Assembly (NCBI GenBank): GCA_963623195.1
Contig: CAVFKA010000010.1
Span: 398 to 64,397, forward strand
Direction: 5' to 3'
DNA: 64,000 nt
DNA from: a bacterium
GTDB lineage: Bacteria; Bacillota_I; Bacilli_A; RFN20; CAG-826
The notes beneath the pieces are model-generated. The model saw nothing but the letters and a program-made list of their open reading frames with translations, was not told the DNA's origin and made no database searches. The position numbers were made by a program, and so were the translations under genes. Below, piece by piece: positions 1 to 9,209 of the stretch; position 1 is the stretch's first letter; every line of letters begins with the position of its first letter.

Positions 1-2
1 TG

Positions 3-392
3 GTTGATATAACAACCTTTCGTGTTGAAGGAGAATATAACGACCGCAGGCATCCAAGCAAAATAGAATTCGTCCGTGAAATAGAAAAAGATTATGTTCG
101 TCGAGATTTCACCATCAATGCAATATATATTGATAAAGACTATAATGTAATAGATTTTTGCGGAGGGAAAGAGGACCTCAAAAACAAAATCATCAAGTTT
201 ATTGGCGATCCAAGCGTAAGGATTCAAGAAGATCCACTTAGAATCGCTAGAGCCGAGAGGTTTGCCACAAAACTAGGGTTTAGCATCGAAAAGGAAACCC
301 TAGAGGCGATAAATAAGAATCGTTATCTTCTCAACGAATTAAATCCTCTAAAACTAATTGAGGAAGAAAAGAAAGGCTGGATAAGAAAATGA
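3..392 (+). CDS. cca: CCA-adding tRNA nucleotidyltransferase / poly(A) polymerase family, C-terminal part (5' end outside the window)
   Basis: Frame 3 is open from the window edge to TGA at 390-392. Translation VDITTFRVEGEYNDRRHPSKIEFV..RRDFTINAIY..DPLRIARAERF carries family motifs. The stop overlaps the next ATG (ATGA). Confidence 0.8.
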   Translation, partial: VDITTFRVEGEYNDRRHPSKIEFVREIEKDYVRRDFTINAIYIDKDYNVIDFCGGKEDLKNKIIKFIGDPSVRIQEDPLRIARAERFATKLGFSIEKETLEAINKNRYLLNELNPLKLIEEEKKGWIRK

Positions 393-1060
393 ACCATAGT
401 AATCTTTTAGTGAATGCAGTAAGTTTTGAATACCTTCTTTTGGATTCTTATTCACGTTTAGGACTTTCAGAAAATGAATTGGCCGTGTGTTTGATGATCA
501 AGCATCTTAATGAACAAGGAAATTCATTTATAACGGCTGACATGCTTTCCTTAAAAATGTCTTTAAAAACGAGAGAGATTGATGGAAATATTGCTTCTTT
601 GATGAAGAAAGGATATCTCACTTACGTCCCTTCTGAAGAAGGTGGCCTTTCCGTTTCACTTGATAATCTAGAGAGACAAATAAAGAAAGAATTTGCCTCA
701 TCTTTAGCTAGGGAACAAAACAATTCCATGAACAAAGAAAGAGAAAAAAGTATGCAAAAGATTGTCTCTTTGTTTGAAGATAAGTTTGCTAGAACTCTAA
801 CTCCACTTGAAAATTCCACGATAAACGATTGGCTTAATAACGGCTACACGGAAGATAACATCAAGAACGCTTTGCTCGATGCCTTAAGACAAAATAAGAA
901 AACAGTTAAATCGGTGAATAAGATTCTTGTTAATAGAAGAAAACAAGATGATATTCAAAAAGAAGGGGCCTCCGCTGTTTCTGATAGATGGGATAAGAAC
1001 ATCGATGAGACGGTCGCGGCCGCTAAAGCTCTTTGGGGCGATCCAAACGATGACAAATAA
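389..1060 (+). CDS. dnaD: DnaD-domain replication initiation / primosome protein
   Basis: The N-terminal winged-helix-like region (LSENELAVCLMIKHL) and the C-terminal DnaD repeat (FEDKFARTLTPLENSTINDWL..YTEDNIKNALLDAL) are present. The gene sits directly upstream of nth, as in Bacillus. Confidence 0.8.
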   Translation: MNHSNLLVNAVSFEYLLLDSYSRLGLSENELAVCLMIKHLNEQGNSFITADMLSLKMSLKTREIDGNIASLMKKGYLTYVPSEEGGLSVSLDNLERQIKKEFASSLAREQNNSMNKEREKSMQKIVSLFEDKFARTLTPLENSTINDWLNNGYTEDNIKNALLDALRQNKKTVKSVNKILVNRRKQDDIQKEGASAVSDRWDKNIDETVAAAKALWGDPNDDK

Positions 1061-1697
1061 AGAAGAAGATATTGTTTCTTTTCTTCATGAAAGATATTCA
1101 AATGCAAAATGCTCATTGCATTTTTCTTCGCCTTTTGAATGCCTCCTTGCCATTTCCTTGTCCGCCCAATCAACCGATAAAGGAGTAAATGAGGTAACAC
1201 CTGTTTTATTTGAAAAATATCCAAGCCCGAAAGAGTTAGCAAAGGCCTCACCTAAGGATGTTGAAAATATCATTCATTCATTAGGACTTTACCACAACAA
1301 AGCAAACAACATCATCTCTCTTTCGAGGGCTTTAGAAGAAAAATATGGGGGACGTGTACCATTTTCAAAAGATGAATTGACCTCTTTGCCTGGTGTAGGA
1401 AATAAAACTGCATGCGTTTTTCTTTTAGAGATGGGGAAGGGCAATTATTTCCCAGTTGACACTCATATTAGTAGAATCTCTAATAGACTTGGATATGCTA
1501 AAAAGACTGACGGGCCTCTCCAAATTCAGAAAAAATTAGAAAAGAAGTTCCCTGAAAACGAATGGAATTTTCTCCATCACGCTTTCATATATTTTGGAAG
1601 AGAAAAATGCAAGGCTATAAAACCGATATGCTCCGATTGCCCTTTAGGAAAATATTGTTCTTATTTAAAGAAACATTCATCCACGGCTGACAAATAA
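1050..1697 (+). CDS. nth: Endonuclease III (DNA-(apurinic/apyrimidinic site) lyase)
   Basis: Helix-hairpin-helix motif LPGVGNKTA and Fe-S cluster loop CKAIKPICSDCPLGKYC. I chose the ATG at 1050 (MTNKEED..) rather than ORF-track start 927, which lies inside dnaD. Confidence 0.9.
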   Translation: MTNKEEDIVSFLHERYSNAKCSLHFSSPFECLLAISLSAQSTDKGVNEVTPVLFEKYPSPKELAKASPKDVENIIHSLGLYHNKANNIISLSRALEEKYGGRVPFSKDELTSLPGVGNKTACVFLLEMGKGNYFPVDTHISRISNRLGYAKKTDGPLQIQKKLEKKFPENEWNFLHHAFIYFGREKCKAIKPICSDCPLGKYCSYLKKHSSTADK

Positions 1698-2269
1698 TCT
1701 AATCTTGGCATGTATTTCTCAACTAATTCATAGCCATTTTCTTGTATGTCTTTTACTGGTATGGATTCTCTAGGCTTTTCCTTATAGAATTTGCAAACAT
1801 ATGCAGCAGGGAGAAGATATGCCTTATTTAACGGAACTATTTCGATTAAAAAGAAAGCGATGGCGCCTAGTGAGATAACCGCCTCAAGATGAGCAATTTG
1901 CTGAGAGGGGATGTTTTTTAGAGGGAAGGACGTCTTTGAATGAGTGCTTTTTGCTTCAAAATCTATATAACGCCCCTTATATATTCCATTGTAGTCTGTG
2001 GTTGAAGGCTCTTGAAAGAAAGCCTCCGTGATTTTTGCACCACGAGTATAATCAACCTTTACGATGTTGATTGGCGTTGGTTTCTTATGAATGACCGCGA
2101 TGCCTTTGTCTAAATAATATTTATTTGATTGATTGATCTCGTCTTCAAAGCCCATGCCACGGTTTCCGGCTTTGACTTTGATGTTGTATTTCTTCTTGGC
2201 CGTCTCTTTCTTTTTGACACCTTTTGAAGATACTGGCGTTTTCACGCCTGCTGGATAATGAATACTCAT
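1661..2269 (-). CDS. recU: Holliday junction resolvase RecU
   Basis: A 202-aa protein with the RecU pattern (GMGFEDEIN..NKYY..IAVIHKKPTP..DYNGIYKGRYIDFEAK). Its ATG overlaps the stop of the upstream exonuclease gene (ATGA). Confidence 0.85.
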   Translation of the reverse strand: MSIHYPAGVKTPVSSKGVKKKETAKKKYNIKVKAGNRGMGFEDEINQSNKYYLDKGIAVIHKKPTPINIVKVDYTRGAKITEAFFQEPSTTDYNGIYKGRYIDFEAKSTHSKTSFPLKNIPSQQIAHLEAVISLGAIAFFLIEIVPLNKAYLLPAAYVCKFYKEKPRESIPVKDIQENGYELVEKYMPRLDYLSAVDECFFK

Positions 2270-2988
2270 TTAAAGGAATTCTCCAGTATTTCGCTATATT
2301 TCTCAGGCGTTACGGTTTCTCCGTTGCTGAGGGCTTTAAGGATTTCTTTGACGACTGGTTTGTTTTTGCCACATGCTAAGGTTTTCTTATATTCCCTCAC
2401 GAAAACGTCTCCACTAACGCGAGCGACTTTGTATAAATTCATAAGATTTAAAGCGTCATAGATTGCATCATGAGCTTTTCCATCGAATTCTAAGCCAAAT
2501 ACCTTAAGGTAATTTGTCAATGAATAAGGATTTCCGTGTTCATCTTGAATATATGTATCGAGCAATTTTTGCAAATCTAGATGACGACGGTAGATGTTTC
2601 TTGCATAAAGTGGATCGATTTCCCTATGCTGTTCCATCGTGCTTTTGATGATGACGATATCATGTTGGGCAAAGGTAACGAAACGACAATTTTCCCAAAA
2701 CTTTCCGACGTATTTTCTAAAAGAAGAAAGGACATAAGCAAAATCTTCTCCTTCTTTTTGGAGGAGTTGCTCGCTAATTCCTGTTAGTTTGGTTACCATA
2801 TGGCCAATTGGATGCTTGGCTTTTACATAATGTTTGAATGGCTCATGAACCTTTTTTATTTTTCCATCTTTATCTATTTCAGCAAGATAGGCGCCAATTT
2901 CAATCATTTCAAATGAAGGAGAGGTTGCCTCGAGATCCATGAAGACTAATGCTTTAATGTTTTTGGTTTCTTTCAAGAAAATTTCCAT
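2266..2988 (-). CDS. DEDDh 3'-5' exonuclease domain protein (KapD/DnaQ-like)
   Basis: Exo motifs FMDLEAT, ..IEIGA.. and HDAIYDA. The ATG at 2988 is preferred to the TTG at 3027. Confidence 0.65.
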   Translation of the reverse strand: MEIFLKETKNIKALVFMDLEATSPSFEMIEIGAYLAEIDKDGKIKKVHEPFKHYVKAKHPIGHMVTKLTGISEQLLQKEGEDFAYVLSSFRKYVGKFWENCRFVTFAQHDIVIIKSTMEQHREIDPLYARNIYRRHLDLQKLLDTYIQDEHGNPYSLTNYLKVFGLEFDGKAHDAIYDALNLMNLYKVARVSGDVFVREYKKTLACGKNKPVVKEILKALSNGETVTPEKYSEILENSFK

Positions 2989-3164
2989 AAGTTTATTGTA
3001 ACACAAGTCTCTAACTATACTTATCAAAATAGAACGATTTGCAAGAAATGACCTATTATTGCAAAAATAACTTATTAGATATAGTGACAGTCATTTTTAA
3101 AATTTTTAATTTAAATCTAATATATATTGTGTTAAATTATGTTTTGTTACAGGAGGTCATTAAC

Positions 3165-3386
3165 ATGAGTTGGTTTAACAAACAATCAAGAATAATCCAA
3201 ATTCTTCTTCTCTTAATCCCAGGCGTTGGTTGGATTACTGAGATCATTGTCCGTGTTACAGGCGTTATCGAAAAGCCTACACTCGAAAACATCTTAGGCG
3301 TTATTTTTGGTATCATCATCCCAGTCTTCAGCTGGATCGACTTAATCTGGGTCTTATTATTCAACCATCTTCTCCTTTGCAAATAA
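3165..3386 (+). CDS. Small integral membrane protein (73 aa, two hydrophobic segments), function unknown
   Basis: AGGAGG lies 8 nt upstream of the ATG at 3165. The sequence has two TM-like stretches. The upstream part of ORF 3039-3386 looks non-coding (AT-rich). Confidence 0.55.
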   Translation: MSWFNKQSRIIQILLLLIPGVGWITEIIVRVTGVIEKPTLENILGVIFGIIIPVFSWIDLIWVLLFNHLLLCK

Positions 3387-3473
3387 TTGCAAATGGAATC
3401 TAGGTAAGCGAATATTAAAATTCGATTAACTAACCATTATGACAACTCTAGTGTTTTGAAACATTAGAGAAAT

Positions 3474-3522
3474 ACTCTTTACCGGAAGTAGTTCGTAAGA
3501 AAATATGGTAAAGAGTTTTTTC
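3474..3522 (+). terminator. Rho-independent terminator candidate (10-bp stem, large loop)
   Basis: ACTCTTTACC..GGTAAAGAGT followed by TTTTTTC. Confidence 0.5.
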
Positions 3523-3584
3523 TTTATTTTTTAGTGTTTATGACTTTAATATTTCTTGGTATTTCAATATAATTGAAGTTGCAT

Positions 3585-3995
3585 ATGGAAGACAATTTAG
3601 CATTAAACGAAAAAGACATTCTTAACAAGAAATTCAAGAAAGATGTCAAAGGCTATGACGCCTCTGAAGTAGATGCGTTCTTGGATGTCGTTATTAAGGA
3701 TTACCTCTCGTTTAAGAAAATAGTTGCCAACTATGATGCAAAGATCGCTTCTTTGAAGAATGATGTTCATCGTTTGGAAATTGCTAGTAACGATAAGCCA
3801 AACGTTGCAGCTTTGAAGAAACGCGTCCATGATCTTGAAGTTGAGAACGCTTCATTTAGAGCCAAGCTTGATAATATTGGAAACGAAGGCAACGTGAACA
3901 AAGAAAACTACAATTACATTGTTCGTCTTCGTGAATTAGAAAAATTTATCTATCAGCTTGGATATGATGCAAAAACGCTCAAACCAAGAAAATAA
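3585..3995 (+). CDS. gpsB: DivIVA-domain cell-cycle protein GpsB
   Basis: The N-terminus ILNKKFKKDVKGYDASEVDAFLDVVIKDY is a DivIVA/GpsB lipid-binding domain. The C-terminal NYNYIVRLRELEKFIY resembles the GpsB C-terminal motif. It lies immediately upstream of rnpB, as in B. subtilis. Confidence 0.8.
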   Translation: MEDNLALNEKDILNKKFKKDVKGYDASEVDAFLDVVIKDYLSFKKIVANYDAKIASLKNDVHRLEIASNDKPNVAALKKRVHDLEVENASFRAKLDNIGNEGNVNKENYNYIVRLRELEKFIYQLGYDAKTLKPRK

Positions 3996-3997
3996 TT

Positions 3998-4328
3998 TCA
4001 TCCGGTCCAGGCGATTGCTAGGAAACTAGAGGAAAGTCCATGCTCGCACAGTCTGCGATGACTGTAGTGATTGCGCAAAGCCAATAAATAAGCTTTGGCA
4101 CGTAGGAGTACGTGACGGCGGCGAATTAGCTCTTGTAGTTAAGGAACCATAAAGTGCCACAGAGACGAGCTTGTTAGCGATAACAAGGTGAAACGTTGGT
4201 AAACCCCACAAGCGAGAAACCCAAATTTGGTAGGGGAAGAAGAGAAAGTGAACTGAAATGATCTCTTCCAGAGAAATCTGAGATTAATTATCGCCCTCGA
4301 CAGAACATGGCTTATCGGGCCGGATACT
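3998..4328 (+). ncRNA. rnpB: RNase P RNA, bacterial type B
   Basis: Contains GAGGAAAGTCCATGCTCGCAC, AAAGTGCCACAG, GGTAAACCCC, GCGAGAAACCCAAATTTGGTAGGGGAA and the 3' ACAGAACATGGCTTA. P1 pairs TCCGGTCC (4001-4008) with GGGCCGGA (4317-4324). Confidence 0.95.
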
Positions 4329-4345
4329 CACTAAGGAAGGAAAAT

Positions 4346-4969
4346 ATGAATATACCTACAAAAATAACAACAGCAAGAATAGTATTAGTCGTGGCTCTTT
4401 TATCATTTTTGTTAGTGGTTGATTTCATCCCTGATTTTCAACCGATCTATTTTGGCCCTAACAATTCGATAAATCTTGTCTACCTAATTGCCATGATTGT
4501 ATTTGTTATTGCCTCAATGACTGATTTCCTTGATGGTTACTTGGCAAGAAAATGGCATCAAGTCACTGATTTAGGCAAATTCCTTGATCCGGTTGCTGAT
4601 AAATTGCTTGTTAATTCGATTCTTATTTATCTACTCGTTTCACGTTTTGGCAATATGTCGATTCCTGTTTTTGCGGTTATTGTCATGATTGCTAGGGATT
4701 TAGTCGTTGATGCCTTGAGATTTGTTGCCGCCAGTAAAGGCATCGTCTTGGCCGCTAATATCTTCGGGAAATTAAAAACCGTCTTCCAAATGGTCGCCAT
4801 TCCTGTCGTTTTATTAAATGGATGGCCATTCTCTTATTTCGATATGGGTTGGAATCCTTATTTACGCATAGGCAACATCCTTATTTATATAGCAACAGCG
4901 ATGTCTCTTCTTTCAGGAATCATCTATGTTGCCCAAAATATTTCCGTTTTTAAGGAGGAGAAGAAATGA
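4346..4969 (+). CDS. pgsA: CDP-diacylglycerol--glycerol-3-phosphate 3-phosphatidyltransferase
   Basis: CDP-alcohol phosphatidyltransferase motif DFLDGYLARKWHQVTDLGKFLDPVADK. The ATG at 4346 follows AAGGAAGG. ORF-track start 4307 lies inside rnpB. Confidence 0.9.
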   Translation: MNIPTKITTARIVLVVALLSFLLVVDFIPDFQPIYFGPNNSINLVYLIAMIVFVIASMTDFLDGYLARKWHQVTDLGKFLDPVADKLLVNSILIYLLVSRFGNMSIPVFAVIVMIARDLVVDALRFVAASKGIVLAANIFGKLKTVFQMVAIPVVLLNGWPFSYFDMGWNPYLRIGNILIYIATAMSLLSGIIYVAQNISVFKEEKK

Positions 4970-5445
4970 TCGATTCCAATAAAGCGGAAAAAGTCATTAA
5001 GGCATTTGTCAAAGAAGGGTTGACCCTTGGCGCGGTCGAATCTTTAACTGGAGGCCTTTTCTCTTCTTCGATGTGCTCTATTCCTGGCGCAAGCAAGGTT
5101 TTCCGTGGAGGAATCGTTACTTATGCGACGGATTTAAAGACTAAATTAGATGATGTCCCAGCGGAAACAATAAGAAAATACGGAGTTGTCTCTAAAGAAG
5201 TGGCCAATTCGATGGCGATAAATGGTAGAAAAACACTTAATGTCGATGTATGCGTTTCCTTTACTGGCAACGCTGGGCCAACTAAGGAAGAAGGAATGGC
5301 TCCTGTTGGCAGAGTTAACATGTGTATCGCGACAAAATTTGGAATTATCGAAATGCAACACGACTTCAATATGTCTCGAAATGAATTAAGAGAAACATGC
5401 GTTGATGTCATGTTAGACAGATTAATTGCAATTTTTGAAGATTAA
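4966..5445 (+). CDS. CinA C-terminal domain protein (nicotinamide-nucleotide amidohydrolase PncC-like)
   Basis: The ESLTGGL motif and a 159-aa size fit a stand-alone CinA_C domain. pgsA-cinA-recA synteny. ATGA overlap with pgsA. Confidence 0.8.
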   Translation: MIDSNKAEKVIKAFVKEGLTLGAVESLTGGLFSSSMCSIPGASKVFRGGIVTYATDLKTKLDDVPAETIRKYGVVSKEVANSMAINGRKTLNVDVCVSFTGNAGPTKEEGMAPVGRVNMCIATKFGIIEMQHDFNMSRNELRETCVDVMLDRLIAIFED

Positions 5446-5496
5446 AAATGGCATTTTTTGAAAATATACGTCTATTAATAATTGAGGAGAGTATTT

Positions 5497-6546
5497 ATGG
5501 CAAAAAAAGAAACAGAACAACTCACAAACACAAAAGATAAGGATGCAGCCCTTGAAGCAGCCTTACGCTCAATTGAAAAGGCATATGGAAAGGGATCAGT
5601 CATGAGAATGGGCGAAAAACCTCATGTCGATCTTGATGTCATTCCATCTGGCTCATTGCTTCTTGATCAAGCAATTGGCATTGGTGGATATCCAAAAGGA
5701 AGAATCATTGAAATTTTCGGTCCTGAATCTTCAGGTAAGACCACTTTAGCCTTACATGCCGTGGCCGAAAGCCAAAAGAAAGGCGGCAGAGCCGCTTACA
5801 TTGACGCAGAACACGCAATCGATCCTGAATATGCGGCTCATTTAGGCGTTAATATCAATGAACTCATTCTTTCTCAGCCAGATTCAGGCGAACAAGCCCT
5901 TGAAATCGTCGAAATGCTTGCTGAATCTAACGCAATCGATGTCATCGTTGTCGATTCAGTCGCTGCTTTAGTTCCACAACAAGAACTTGATGGCGTCATG
6001 TCTGATAATCAAGTAGGTTTGCAAGCCCGTTTGATGTCCAAGGCTATGAGAAAATTAGCTGGTATCCTTTCGAAATCTAGCTGCTTAGTCATTTTCATCA
6101 ACCAACTTCGTGAAAAAGTCGGTGTCATGTATGGAAATCCTGAAACCACTACAGGTGGTCGCGCTTTAAAATTCTATGCTTCAGTACGTTTAGACATTAG
6201 AAGACAAGACGCAATCAAACTTGGAACTAACATCATTGGCAATAGCGTCAGAGTTAAAGTCGTCAAAAACAAGGTTGCACCGCCATTTAAGTCCTGCAGC
6301 ATCGATATCATCTACGGACAAGGCATCTCTAGAGATGGCGAAACAGTTGATCTTGGCGTTCAATATGGGTTCATCCAAAAGACAGGCAACTGGTATGACA
6401 TTGATGGAGAAAAGATTGGAAACGGCAGAGAAGCGGCTAAATCCTATTTCCACGATAACCCTGAAAAAGCCGAGGAAATCAATGCAAAAATTCGTGAAGT
6501 TTTAAAAAATGGCGAAGGCGTTGAAGCTTCTGAAAGCGACGAATAA
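5497..6546 (+). CDS. recA: Recombinase RecA
   Basis: Walker [10 protein letters not shown], plus [10 protein letters not shown]-like and [22 protein letters not shown]. The ATG at 5497 follows GAGGAG. Confidence 0.97.
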   Translation: MAKKETEQLTNTKDKDAALEAALRSIEKAYGKGSVMRMGEKPHVDLDVIPSGSLLLDQAIGIGGYPKGRIIEIFGPESSGKTTLALHAVAESQKKGGRAAYIDAEHAIDPEYAAHLGVNINELILSQPDSGEQALEIVEMLAESNAIDVIVVDSVAALVPQQELDGVMSDNQVGLQARLMSKAMRKLAGILSKSSCLVIFINQLREKVGVMYGNPETTTGGRALKFYASVRLDIRRQDAIKLGTNIIGNSVRVKVVKNKVAPPFKSCSIDIIYGQGISRDGETVDLGVQYGFIQKTGNWYDIDGEKIGNGREAAKSYFHDNPEKAEEINAKIREVLKNGEGVEASESDE

Positions 6547-6582
6547 AAACCTTATTCATCTATAAAATTTCAATAATTGTTA

Positions 6583-6641
6583 AAAAATCCCAATTCAAAA
6601 GTTGATTAAATAGTCACTTTTGGCAAAATGGGATTTTTTTT
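6583..6641 (+). terminator. Rho-independent terminator after recA
   Basis: Long hairpin AAAATCCCAATTCAAAAGT..ACTTTTGGCAAAATGGGA followed by T8. Confidence 0.75.
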
Positions 6642-6828
6642 ATTACTTTTTTACTTCTTTATTTTTAAATAAAACTTATAATGTATATGTACTGAAATGT
6701 ACTGCCCATAGATTTTGGGAGCTTTATTATCGGGGTTACCCGTCAAATAAATTATTCTAAAAACTGAATTTATGAACCTGTTTCCTATGGGCTAGGTTTA
6801 TTTTTGGTCGTTTATTAAGGAGTATATT

Positions 6829-8415
6829 ATGAAATTTCTTCAATCAGGAACTCTTGATTGGTGGTGGCTATTAATCGTCGGAATTGCCGCACTTTTAATC
6901 GGTGCCGCCGGACTTTTCCTTGTTATGCATTTAACTGGAAAAGGCAAGGTTCAATCTGCAACAAAAGAATCCAAACAAATCATTCGTGATGCTGAAGTCA
7001 AGGCTGAACGTATCACAAAAAATGCGCAAATTGACGCAAAACAAACAACTTTTGAGATGAAACAACAAGCTCAAAATGAAATTCGTCAAATGAAGCAAGA
7101 AGCTCAACTTCAACAATCAAAACTCGATGCTAGAGAAGATGCGATCGATGCTAGAGATAATGCTTTATTAGCAAAAGAAAACGCACTTGAGCAAAAGAAC
7201 GAAGTTCTCAACAAGAAGATTGCTGACAATGACAAAAAGAGCAAAGAATTAGACGAAAAGATCGATGGAATCCTCTCTGAGCTTGAAAAGGTTTCAGGAA
7301 TGTCGGTTAAAGAAGCCCACGATGAAATAATGAATAGAGTCGAGAGCAAGATGCAAGTCGAAATCGCTCAATATATCAAAAACGCTGAGGACGAAGCTCA
7401 CGATACAGCTGAAGCAAAAGCTAGAGATTTATTATCTTTAGCATGTGACAAATACGCACAAGATGTTGTTACTGAGCGTTCTGTCGCCGTCATCTCTCTT
7501 CCAACAGATGAATTAAAAGGAAGAATCATTGGCCGTGAAGGAAGAAATATCCGTGTTCTCGAACAAACTTTAGGCGTTGACTTGGTAGTTGATGATACGC
7601 CGGAAGTCATTACAGTTTCCTGCTTCAACCCAATTCGTAGAGAAATTGCAAAACGCACTCTTGAGATTCTTGTTAAAGATGGTCGTATTCAACCAGGAAG
7701 AATCGAAGAAGTGGCAGCAAAATGTAAAGCAGAAGTCGATAACGATTGCTTTAAGGCTGGCCAAGATGCGGTCAATCGCCTTGGCTTAGTTAAGGTCAAT
7801 CGCGAAATGATTGCCGTCTTAGGCAAATTGAAATACCGCACATCCTTTGGACAAAATGTCTTAGAACATTCCCTTGAAGTCGGTTATCTTTGCGGAATAA
7901 TGGCCGCTGAACTTGGCCTTGATCAAAACTTAGCACGTCGTGCTGGCTTACTCCACGATATTGGTAAGGCCCTTGATTATGAACAAGAAGGATCGCACGC
8001 TTCATTAGGTGCTTCTTTGGCTCGTAAATTCGGCGAAAATGAAGTTGTTGTCAACTCCATTGAAGCCCACCATGGCGATGTTCCTGCCACAAGCGTCATC
8101 GCTCACTTAGTCATAGCCGCAGATACTTTATCAGCCGCTAGACCTGGTGCACGTTCCGAAACTCTTGAAACATATACAAAACGCATAACTCAACTTGAGG
8201 AAATCGCTCAACAATTTGAAGGCGTGCAACAAGCTTATGCCGTCCAAGCTGGAAGAGAAATCCGCGTTATGGTCATTCCAGAGAAAGTCTCTGATGCTGA
8301 AGCCATTAAGATGGCCCAACAAATGCGTGATAAGATCGAAAGCACAATGACATACCCTGGCACAATTAAGGTATCTGTCATCCGCGAATATAGAGCGGTA
8401 GAAACGGCAAAATAA
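6829..8415 (+). CDS. rny: Ribonuclease Y
   Basis: N-terminal TM segment, coiled coil, KH domain (GREGRNIR) and HD domain (LLHDIGKA). 528 aa. Confidence 0.95.
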   Translation: MKFLQSGTLDWWWLLIVGIAALLIGAAGLFLVMHLTGKGKVQSATKESKQIIRDAEVKAERITKNAQIDAKQTTFEMKQQAQNEIRQMKQEAQLQQSKLDAREDAIDARDNALLAKENALEQKNEVLNKKIADNDKKSKELDEKIDGILSELEKVSGMSVKEAHDEIMNRVESKMQVEIAQYIKNAEDEAHDTAEAKARDLLSLACDKYAQDVVTERSVAVISLPTDELKGRIIGREGRNIRVLEQTLGVDLVVDDTPEVITVSCFNPIRREIAKRTLEILVKDGRIQPGRIEEVAAKCKAEVDNDCFKAGQDAVNRLGLVKVNREMIAVLGKLKYRTSFGQNVLEHSLEVGYLCGIMAAELGLDQNLARRAGLLHDIGKALDYEQEGSHASLGASLARKFGENEVVVNSIEAHHGDVPATSVIAHLVIAADTLSAARPGARSETLETYTKRITQLEEIAQQFEGVQQAYAVQAGREIRVMVIPEKVSDAEAIKMAQQMRDKIESTMTYPGTIKVSVIREYRAVETAK

Positions 8416-8416
8416 A

Positions 8417-9202
8417 ATGCGTATTCTCTTTTTTGGAGATGTAGTTGGTAAGGTGGGTCGCGATGCGGTCCATCTTTCTTTGCCTAGACTAGTCAATAAA
8501 TATGACGTTGATTTCGTTATAGTCAATGGCGAAAATGCAACCCATGGAAAAGGCATAATCGAAAAACATTACAAAGATTTCCTTTCTGATGGCGCTGATT
8601 GTATTACTTTAGGAAACCATTGGCATTCAAAGAAACAAATTGATGGATTTATCGATGATGCCGATGCGCTTGTTAGACCCTTGAACCTCTTGAATTACGA
8701 TAAAGGCTTTGGCAGCCTTACTTTCGATTTGGATGGTCTCCCAATCCGCGTCACCAACATTCTTTGCCAATCCTTCATGAAAGAAGAGGTTCAAGATCCA
8801 ATTGAGTCTTTGAACAAACTTCTACTAGATAATCCTGAGCCATGTATTCATTTCATTGACTTGCATGGTGAATCAACATCGGAAAAACAGATATTCGCAT
8901 ATCAATTTGACGGACTAGTAACGGCAGTCATAGGAACACACACTCACGTTCAAACAAATGATGCCCGAATTCTCCCTCAAGGGAGTGCCTTCATGGCTGA
9001 TGTGGGGATGTGCGGCGACCCTAATGGTGTTATCGGTTTTGAAAAAGAATCCGTAATCAATAAAATGGTTTTTGGGAACGCTGGCTCATTTAAGATTGAT
9101 GAAGAAGCGAAAATGATGATCAACGCTTGTATAATTGATGTAGATGAAGATACGTACTTAGCAACTAATATCATCACGATAAATCAAATCGTAGAAAGAT
9201 AG
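8417..9202 (+). CDS. ymdB: 2',3'-cyclic-nucleotide 2'-phosphodiesterase YmdB (metallophosphoesterase)
   Basis: MRILFFGDVVG.., VNGENATHGKG and GTHTHVQTND. Follows rny, as in Bacillus. Confidence 0.9.
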   Translation: MRILFFGDVVGKVGRDAVHLSLPRLVNKYDVDFVIVNGENATHGKGIIEKHYKDFLSDGADCITLGNHWHSKKQIDGFIDDADALVRPLNLLNYDKGFGSLTFDLDGLPIRVTNILCQSFMKEEVQDPIESLNKLLLDNPEPCIHFIDLHGESTSEKQIFAYQFDGLVTAVIGTHTHVQTNDARILPQGSAFMADVGMCGDPNGVIGFEKESVINKMVFGNAGSFKIDEEAKMMINACIIDVDEDTYLATNIITINQIVER

Positions 9203-9209
9203 GAAAGAT

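Noticed and set aside
622-819. Many 60-130-aa ORFs in the supplied track lie antisense to, or out of frame within, long well-supported genes. Examples: 622-819, 955-1251, 5121-5411, 6190-6453, 7110-7349, 8131-8556, 12645-12929, 14012-14404, 36271-36666, 40301-40645, 44292-44633, 48228-48575, 63156-63674.
   Set aside because: They are shadow ORFs inside genes with strong motif support. They have low-complexity or Ser/Leu-rich translations and no RBS, so they are not reported as features.
927-1049. Long N-terminal extension of nth starting at 927.
   Set aside because: It overlaps the dnaD coding region by 134 nt, and the extension has no similarity to endonuclease III. The ATG at 1050 gives the expected N-terminus.
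4307-4345. ORF-track start of pgsA at 4307 (MAYRAGYSLRKEN..).
   Set aside because: These codons lie inside the 3' end of RNase P RNA (P4/P1 strands, ACAGAACATGGCTTATCGGGCCGGA). The ATG at 4346, with an AAGGAAGG RBS, is the plausible start.
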